A stretch of 64,000 bases of DNA from NCBI RefSeq assembly GCF_009914755.1, contig NC_060929.1; one strand, given 5' to 3'. The number at the start of each line of letters is the position of its first letter. Position 1 is the first letter of the stretch. A program made the translations under genes and the position numbers. Source of the stretch: the human T2T-CHM13v2.0 reference genome, Homo sapiens. The notes below the pieces were generated by a model, which was not told the origin of the DNA, did no database searches, and saw nothing but the letters and a program-made list of their open reading frames with translations. Positions 55,149 through 64,000 of the stretch are shown piece by piece.

Positions 55149-56689
55149 AAGAATGGCTCTATTTTACATGGGTACATGTATTTGTATTCAGAATAAGGTA
55201 TAGGAATTGTAACATTTATTATGAAAATAATATGATGACAAAGAATTAGGTGGTCTAGATGATTAATTTCATATGGCCAGACATGGTACAAATTTAAATG
55301 ATATTAATGCTTTATTCATAGTCAATATTTGCATTTTTAATAGTGAAAATCTGTTAAAAAATCAAATGAATCATGATCCTTAAACAATAAGCAATGGAGG
55401 AGTATTTTTAAAGGGACTTTCAGGACTAGCTATACATGTCTTGATCGAGGTCAAAATTCTGCACACTGGGATATTTGAGGTCTAATTCAGCCACCCAGCT
55501 TTCTAACATGTTTGGATGTTAGCAATCATTATACTCAGAACCAGTGGGCATCTAGAGCTGTTCTTGATTTAGAATTGCCTCTAGTTTCAGAGAAGAAACA
55601 GGATCCTCTCTGAAGCTTTTAACAGGGATATTTTTGTGATGTGAATTATTTACACAGTGATTCCTTCTGAATTGGTGTTCTTCCATCTCTAGAAAAATAG
55701 TGCCTTTAAAAATTAAATCAGAGAAATAGAAATAATTCTAAACATTATTAACTCCTGAACAAAAACCTATTAAAACCATCAAAGGCTATTATTTTTGGAA
55801 GTGATCATGATTACAAAATTCTTCATGAGACTCTCTTTTTCTTTTGCAAAGGAGAAGTGTACCAACAGCAAATCGGTGCCCTGAGCTGAATGCAAAACAA
55901 CTGGTTAATATTTTTCCATATATTAAAAATTAATCACTAAATTTATTCCAGAAGAGACATTAATTTTTTTAAAGAACTTTTCTCTGGATAGATAGAACTA
56001 ATTACCCCGCCCCCAACCACATACACAGGCATGTGCACACACACACACTCACACACATACAGCAAAGGTTCTTTATTCTTCCTTACGGAATAAAATGCAA
56101 AGCCTTTGAAAACTGACAGTAGCACTGCTTTAAAGGCACAATGTGGTGATCCTAACCTTCCCTATCTTAGAAAAGCAAACAACAAAGCTTAATAGAATTG
56201 TATCTAAAACAAGGATAAATAGACTTTAGAAGGAACCTAAGAATCAGACTCCTGTAAGTAAATTGCGTGAACTGTGTGATATTTATTTTGACCTTGTTTC
56301 TGTGGTTATTCTTCATTTCCCAGAATTTTCTGTGTCATAAATAGTATAGAACAGGAGAAGAGTGTTGCTGTTTCAACAATAATGGAACCATACAGGCTGG
56401 CCTCAGGAGCAGCATGTTTTATAAAGTTGACTTTGAGTGTTTGATTTAAAACAATCTTTTTGAAAAAAATATACAACCAAGCTTGGACTCCTCCCATCCA
56501 GGTATTTATTGTAGTTTCCTTCGATTTGGGTACCTAAAGCTTTCTACTTTAGTCAGTCCTACCTTAGACAATAACCCAAACACCAGAACTAATTCTCCAT
56601 CTCTTCCTATGTCTACCCCTGAAGAACTTAAGTGACTTGTAACTGACCTTTATTCTCTTCGTGCTGGTAGTGCCGTTTTAACATAATTT

Positions 56690-57140
56690 ACGTGTGTTTC
56701 AGGGATATAATTTTGTGCCACACTCCTGCTATGAAAACAAAAAAATCTTCAGTAATTTGTATTGCCTCAAAGCCCAAACTCCTTAGCAAGATCTTCAGGC
56801 AAATGGTCACAACATTCACATAAAATTCTTCCACACCTGGACATATTTTGCAGATCCTGCCCATTCACAGATTCCCTATAAAATGTCACCTCTTCTTAGA
56901 AGTCCTCCCTGGATTCCCTAGGTAGAGTTAATAGCTCTCTACCATATCTTTTGCTCTGGTAATACCGTGTACATAATTGCTGTAGAATACTTACTTATTT
57001 ACAGATATTATTTTTCCCACTAGATATCATAACTGTTCAAAATATGGCTATATAATGTACATATTTATCCTATGATTAGCCCCCCAACTGAAAATATATT
57101 AAATAGTTGAAATCACACTTAATAAATATTCATTGAGCGA
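56690..57140 (+). mobile_element. L2 3' fragment
   Basis: AAAGCCCAAACTCCTTAGC..AAATGTCACCTCTTC..CTTAATAAATATTCATTGAG. Confidence 0.6.
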
Positions 57141-57539
57141 TTATAACTAAATTCATTTGCTTTTTTGTCTCTTTTCAAGCTCTCACACTTGAAGTTCTAA
57201 GGCATGATCATCCATGTATATTTTGTTCATTACTGTGAACCATGCCCAGTATAATATTAATACCTTGAACATAGCTTGCAAAAGGAGCTTTTAGGAAATG
57301 AACAAATTATATACTGAAGATGATAATGGCCAATAATGTGTATGAGAGTTCCTAAAACACAAAATTCTTTAACTCAAAAGAATGAACCTCTATTCATAAG
57401 TATTTCAGCACCATAGAAAATATGGCTTTAAGATACAGCTGTGACTTTCAAAATGTGGGTTGTGACTCATAAGTATTTGACATGCTATTAATTTAGTTGA
57501 CTCTGACTGGCATTTTAAAAAAGAAAAATGAAATTGGAT

Positions 57540-58096
57540 TGTTTTTGTTTTCTTCTGCTGTGTAACAAATTACCACAATGAGCAGCTTAAAACATTACTT
57601 TCTTATCTCACAGTTTCCATGGATCAGGTGTTGGGGCACAGGTTAGCTGAGTCCTCTGTTCAGAGTGTTACAAGGATTCAATAAAAGTATTGGCCTGGGA
57701 TGGGTCCTACCTTAGGCTTGAGGTCTTCTTTGAAGCTCACGTGGTTGGAAGCAGACTTCATTTTCTTCAGAACTAATAATGCCTTGCTTCCTCAATGCCA
57801 GCAGGAGAGAATCTGCGGCTTCTACAAGGCTTCCATCTCCAGACCTTCTTTTCAAGGGGTCACCAGCTTAGGTCAGGCCCACTAGGGATAATCTCCCTTT
57901 CGATTAGCCTCAAATCAACTGATTAGCAACTAGAGAATTTAATCACATCTGAAAAAAATCCCATGACCTTTTTATAAAGCAACCTAATCAAGGGGTAGTA
58001 TCCGATCATACTCACAGTTATTGCCCCCACTCAAGGAGAGGGGATTATACAAGAGCATGACTCTTTGGGAGTCATTTTAGAATTCCGCCTACCACA
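57540..58096 (-). mobile_element. MLT1D/E MaLR LTR
   Basis: GCTGTGTAACAAATTACCAC..TCTCACAGTTTCCATGGATCAGG..TTAGAATTCCGCCTACCACA. Confidence 0.85.
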
Positions 58097-61000
58097 AAGA
58101 TGTAAGGATAAGTATTGTTTCATTAGATTTTTGCTTTAATAATATATGTACATGTATGTGTGCTGGGCATGTGTTTATATATGTATGTATGTATATGTGT
58201 GAGCAGTGAGTCATCATGCAAAATGTTTTGCACAGTGGGTCATTCAAAATCATTTGAAAATCACTGGGATCAAGGATACATTCACAAAGCATCTCATATT
58301 CCCGAAAGAAAGGAAGTACATACTTCAACCGTAGACAATGCTGAGTAGCTTTAGAAATTTATTTCCTAATATTAATTTCTGGCTACAGTAAATTTTGGGT
58401 TCATTAATTCAATCAATTGATGATCATTAAACACATATCATACACAAGGCTTTGCATTAAGCAACAAAGACCATTAATTACTTGAGATCAGAAGTCATTA
58501 TGGAAGATACTATGTGTATCTAAAGAAACTGCCAGATTAATACCAGCAGAAACTAGGAAGAAAGTACTCAGAAATTTTGAAGAAAAAAAGGTAAGAGTTC
58601 ATATTTTAAAGAGATTTTAGTATTACTATGCCTGATAAAGGACCACATTTCCTTTCCGGTTTTCCAAGATGAAAACTCATAATTCAACAATAGGAGAAAT
58701 AAGACAAGTAATTAATAAGGAAAGAAAGGAAAAAGATTAAAGAAGAATAATTTATAAAGGAGTCAGTGTCTGGAATATGTTTCTCACACAATTTAAAGAA
58801 ATAAATTTACTCCATTCAGCAATTAAAAGAGACAAATTAAAGTGTTTTCTAATTTTTTTATTTTCATAGTTTTATTACACACTTCAGAGGAGTCACTTCA
58901 AGTCTCAAAGATGGGGACTACCACCCACTCAAGTTACTATCAATAAGACTTACAAGTCATTGCATTTGCTGAGATGGAATTGGTTTGGAACAAACTGAAA
59001 ACCCCCAAATCGAGCACAGATTCTGTTGTCATCTGTCTCTGCCACCAAGCAGAAGCCAGTGGCAGTAAGACAATCATACACGTTATATTTTGATTATTTA
59101 GACATGCAGAATTCCCAAAATGCTCATAAATGAATGCCAATTTTCCTATTTTCCTAAACCAAGGCATATATTGGCTAGCTAATTTTACTATGATGCACTA
59201 CCCATTCTTAATGCACTGAAATACCATTGTACTTCAAAATTTAGGTTGAACGTGTAATACCTTCTGTCTTGTCTTCTAATATGTTCAATATCATCTATGG
59301 AAAAGGACTGCTGTGTCTTTAACATTGAGGTAATGAGTACAAACAGATGTTTTTTCTTTGTACCTTGAGACTTTCTGTTTCCAAATGAGCTCAGATTCAA
59401 GGTTAATGCTCAACAATAATTTCCTGGGCAGTTAGATAAGTTTATGTTCAGTTTAATGGTTGTGAACCAATTGTCAGAGGACTGGATGTCCACAATTGCC
59501 ATAAAGTGCCCTTTCTTTCCTTATTGCCTTAAAATTTCTATCAAAGTCATTGTCTTCCATGATCTTTGATATTTCTCCCACCATATCAATAGTATTTTTC
59601 TTTTAAGGATCTCAGAGAACTTAATAAATGTGTCTCACTCTCTATTTTATTAATGTTGTTGATTAGGTTTATGGATTCATAATTTGGGCTCATGAAATAT
59701 TTGTTTCCATTGAGACAGAAAGCCCAAGAGATTAATTAAACCCTCTATCCTCACTGTTCCTTCATGTTCCACCTCTATTAGTAAAAACAAGCATGGAATG
59801 CAAAACAAAAAAAAAAGAATTATAGTTGTTACTAATTGATTGTTTTTCAGCAATCATATGCAGTGCATAATTATCCAAAATTATGTTAAAATCCACAATT
59901 TTTATATGAAATGAAAAAGAAAGTAGAAGCTTCATCTAGAAAGGAATCTACATATTATAAATTCTATTAAATCTAACAAAGTACCTAGGCTGACAACCTT
60001 GAAATACTTGAGTCAAACCCTTTATCTCCTGTCCATGAGTTCTGTAAAGACAGCTAACAATAAATTGTTTACTCATTTTTCTGTAATAGAGATTTCAGTT
60101 CTCTATTTGCACGGCTTTTCTTAGTGATGTTGCAGCTATTTCCACTTGTGTGTGTATTAATGCAAAAAGAGTTCAAGGGCAGATGTCCTTCAGATAATTC
60201 AAAATACATGTTATAGTTGACAAAAGTTCAGTTTCAAATGAAAAACCTGCCCTTAGTACAGAGTGACATTTAATTTAGATGTTCAGCAGTATGGGTTATT
60301 GGTTCTAGGGGTTATACCTTGGCCAGTAATGAGTGCAGAAGTGACATATGACTGATGTTATTGTTTGCAAATTATTGTACTGCCAGTGAAGGTAACTATT
60401 AAAGACAATCAAATATAGCCAAGCTGTATAGTGAAATCATTACTTTCTGCAAATATCTTGTGATTTATTCAAAAGCTTTTGCATTATGAAGCACCAAAGA
60501 ATTTGAGAGACTATCCACCATAATCCAAGAAGGTTGTGACCTCATAGATTAAATGGGATGATGAGTTTCTATTGTCACAATGACACCGCCTTAAGACACA
60601 GCCTTGGCAGTACATGCTTAACTTGATAGGATTACAGCAATGAATGGATTTACATAACATTTGAAATGTTAGTATATGATCTTTGTCAAATAAAATATTG
60701 ATTTATCAGAGATTGATTTGCTGTTGAAAATATTCATTTCTAGTGTAGAATAAAATCCTGAAAAACATTCATCTTATTAATAGCTCTTACTCTCCAAATA
60801 TTTTTATAGGGCATTTTCTATTTGGCCAGGCTCCACTTCCATCAATCTCTGGGCTCATAGTATATTCCAATTCCTTACTATGATAATATTCTCTTACCAT
60901 TCCACCCCCTTTCCTCTCTCTCCCTGACAATTGCATTCCACAGAACAATTTAGCAAGGATGGTGATTGGCAACCTCAAAAATGATTCAGATATCTCAGGT

Positions 61001-62064
61001 TTTCAGATATCCATTACTAGTATAAGTGAGCTCTTATCTGATGTTCATCAAGACTGAGTAGCTTACTCATCAAAATAAGTCAAAAAAGAAAGAAAGAAAT
61101 GCTTTCGATTCTCCAGTCCACCATTTCACTAGAAGGATTAATGGTGTATTTAAATTTGCAGTTTTCCAAAGATACTGTTTCATTGTTTCCTGTCCTACCA
61201 CAGTGCTGAGTTTGTATTTAAATGTTTCATTTTGTGCATTTCAAGCTGTCAGCCTGAAGAAATACCAATAAGTGTGTTAGGTTTAGATAATCGAAAATTC
61301 CCTTTACTCAGCTTCTTAGTCTATATTTATCTGTCTGGCTGTGAAATCTATTCCAAGAGTATTCATCTACCACCCAAATCTATTCACCAAACATCAAGAC
61401 TCATCAGTGAGATGGAATAATGCCATTTAATTAGTCTTTGATATACAGCTTAATTAGGTCTTAATAAGGGGTAGTGCATCCTAAAATCAATTATCTTGCT
61501 TTTTTTAATAAGAGCAACTAATTAGTAGGAAAATCACCACAGTTCTCTTTTTATCCTGAAGCTTTCCATGGTGCTAGGAAGAAGGTTATGAAGAAGAAAA
61601 TAATACCCTCCAAACTATCTGGAAAAACTGTCATATTGAACTCAAAAGGATATATTCAAAATAGTTGCAATACGTTAGAAATATTTTACAGAAAATGCAA
61701 TGCTACCAACTCAGCATCCTTGTATATTGCATCGTTTTTTAGGTCATGCAATAAAGAAAAGTCAAGTGTTATCCTATGTGTGTGTAGCTCTTCCTTTTGC
61801 ATTGTTGATAGGTGTTCTAGACGTAGGTTCAATGTGACTCTGTCTACAGTGGTCAGGGTGCCACATTTACAGTGAGTCATCTGTGTTAACTGATGCCTAG
61901 TTTACTCCTTCCTTGGAAGTACTCCTATGAACAGTTGAAGACAATTACCACAAGGGTGGCTATGTGTACCAGGTCTTAGAGTTTTTCTGTTGGTATTTTG
62001 CTTGTTTCTCCCGACATAGTAGATTTTACTTACCTGTACAAAAGAACTACTTTTCATGACATTT

Positions 62065-62620
62065 ATAAATCACTCAACAAATTCAACTTTTTCTATGAAT
62101 TAGGTCCTGCTCAAGCCACTGGAATTTGGATATGTTTAAAACAGACAAGGGCCTTGCTCTCATAGAGCTAACATTTTAATGAAATGAGATAAAGGGAAAT
62201 TAACACAAAGGCAAACATGTAAGACAATCTCAGAGTGGTAGGTGCTATAAATGCAATCAAGTATGGTAGCATGGTAGAGAGGGACAGGGTGCAGAAAATA
62301 TATTTCAAAGGCGAAGGCAATGGAAGGGTTTCTGAGGAGGTGCATTTAGACTGAGACCAGGAGGAGGAGAAGGAGATGATCAGGGGAAGATCTAGTAGAA
62401 GAGAGAAAATAAAGGCCTTGAGTCAGGGATAAACTCGATGTTTTTGAGGAATATAAAAAATGGCAGTGTGGCTGGAAACCAGCAACAGAGGTGGGGAGGG
62501 GGAAGAAATGACGTAATGTGGTAGCTAGAAATCAAATCAGGATGAGTCTGCTGGACTATGGCAAAGAATCAGGATATTATTCAGAGTTAGGAAGAAGATG
62601 TTCACTGGGGGAATAGTGTG
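62065..62620 (-). mobile_element. L2 fragment
   Basis: TCACTCAACAAA..TTGCTCTCATAGAGCTAACATT..GGCAGTGTGGCTGGA. Confidence 0.65.
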
Positions 62621-62973
62621 ATTGATCTAACTTACGAATTTTCAAAACCAATATGAACATTAATTGTAGAATCTAGGTGGTGTGTACACAGGTTTTTAAC
62701 TATACAATTATTTGAACTTTTCTGTATCTTTGCAAATTTTCCTAATAAAATGCTGGGGGCAAGGGAATCAATACAGCAATGGAAGTGGAATAAGTAGAAG
62801 CAGTGAGTGGTCCAAGCATTAAATAATGTTAGTTTAAATTGGAATTTTAGTAAGAGAAATAGAGACTCCCTGCCCCCAAATTTAAAAAATTCTGTTAAAA
62901 TGAAAGTCAAATTATGTTGCTTCTCTGGAAAAAATTTCTAATTATTATTTTATTAAACTCTACGAGTCAAATT

Positions 62974-63298
<325 letters not shown>

Positions 63299-64000
63299 CT
63301 AGGGCCACCCAGTCACCTAGTGGAAGAAAAATCTATTAATAGTTGGAAATACCTCCCTTGGCAAGCCTGACAAGAGTTGGAAGAGTGCTTCATGGGGGTC
63401 AGACTGAGGCTGTGGAGTGGAGTCTGTACTCTGCTCCATTACATATGAAATGAAGCAGCTCTGCATGATCTGCCCAGCTGCATAGGACTCATTTTAATTC
63501 AGGCATGCTTAAGGATACAATAAGGAACGTGGAAGCCAGGCTCAGGCTTAGCTTAGTTCCCTTTGGGAAATTCAGTCACCTCAGCAGGTGGCCAGCTTCC
63601 AGGGAAATCCTTCAGAGAGTCGATTAATAACAGCTGCTTGACGCTAACTACTTCTCGGGAGCACATACTTCATAAAAGGGACAACAAATGAGCGACCTTT
63701 TTGAAGAGCCTAGTAATCAAGCTCAAGAAGGTATAGGTCATGGGCTTTTTGCTTGGCCTCAACACAGTCATGTAAAATTGATACTTAATAAGAACAACTC
63801 TGTGATGATAAGGGTGTCTATACCGGGGGAACAAACACATTTTGAAAAGTTTCTTTGGTACTTAAAACTCTAGGCATCCTCTCACTCTTGCTGGCCTCAG
63901 CAGGATGCAATCTAAAGAGGCACAAATACACATATGTCTTGGGCATACATCACAACTGAGGAGTCCTTACCAGAACACACTAAGTCCTTCAATAAATGTA

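Overview
AT-rich primate genomic DNA (Alu-containing, most likely human or another ape) from an intronic or intergenic region. I can support no protein-coding gene, rRNA, tRNA, CRISPR array or CpG-island promoter. The ORF track is explained by Alu, decayed L1, LTR, microsatellite or chance ORFs. Roughly half the window is transposable-element fossil: eight AluS/J-type elements, a FLAM-like monomer and an AluY half; L1M, L1MA, L1MB and L1PA15/16 fragments; L2 and MIR; MaLR (MLT1, MST) and ERV1 solo LTRs; and Tigger/hAT DNA-transposon MITEs. Many are nested and have readable target-site duplications (TSDs). Subfamily names are from recall of consensus sequences and need RepeatMasker/Dfam confirmation. 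Three structures are not explained by ordinary TE annotation: (1) an ungapped 123-bp inverted repeat, 8289-8411 / 10933-11055, about 89% identical with the outer 65 bp at 95%; (2) a roughly 100-bp chimeric templated insertion at about 4115-4226, copied from two donors 1.6 and 2.1 kb downstream and joined at a microhomology; (3) a closely spaced inverted Alu pair (32770-33722) whose members carry related non-consensus insertions at the same homologous position. There are also a candidate 16/12-nt microexon (381-396), a candidate 71-nt exon (40186-40256) and some repeat-poor, enhancer-like stretches. I see no evidence for a novel gene system; the interesting signals are DNA-repair/fold-back scars and possible splicing or regulatory elements.
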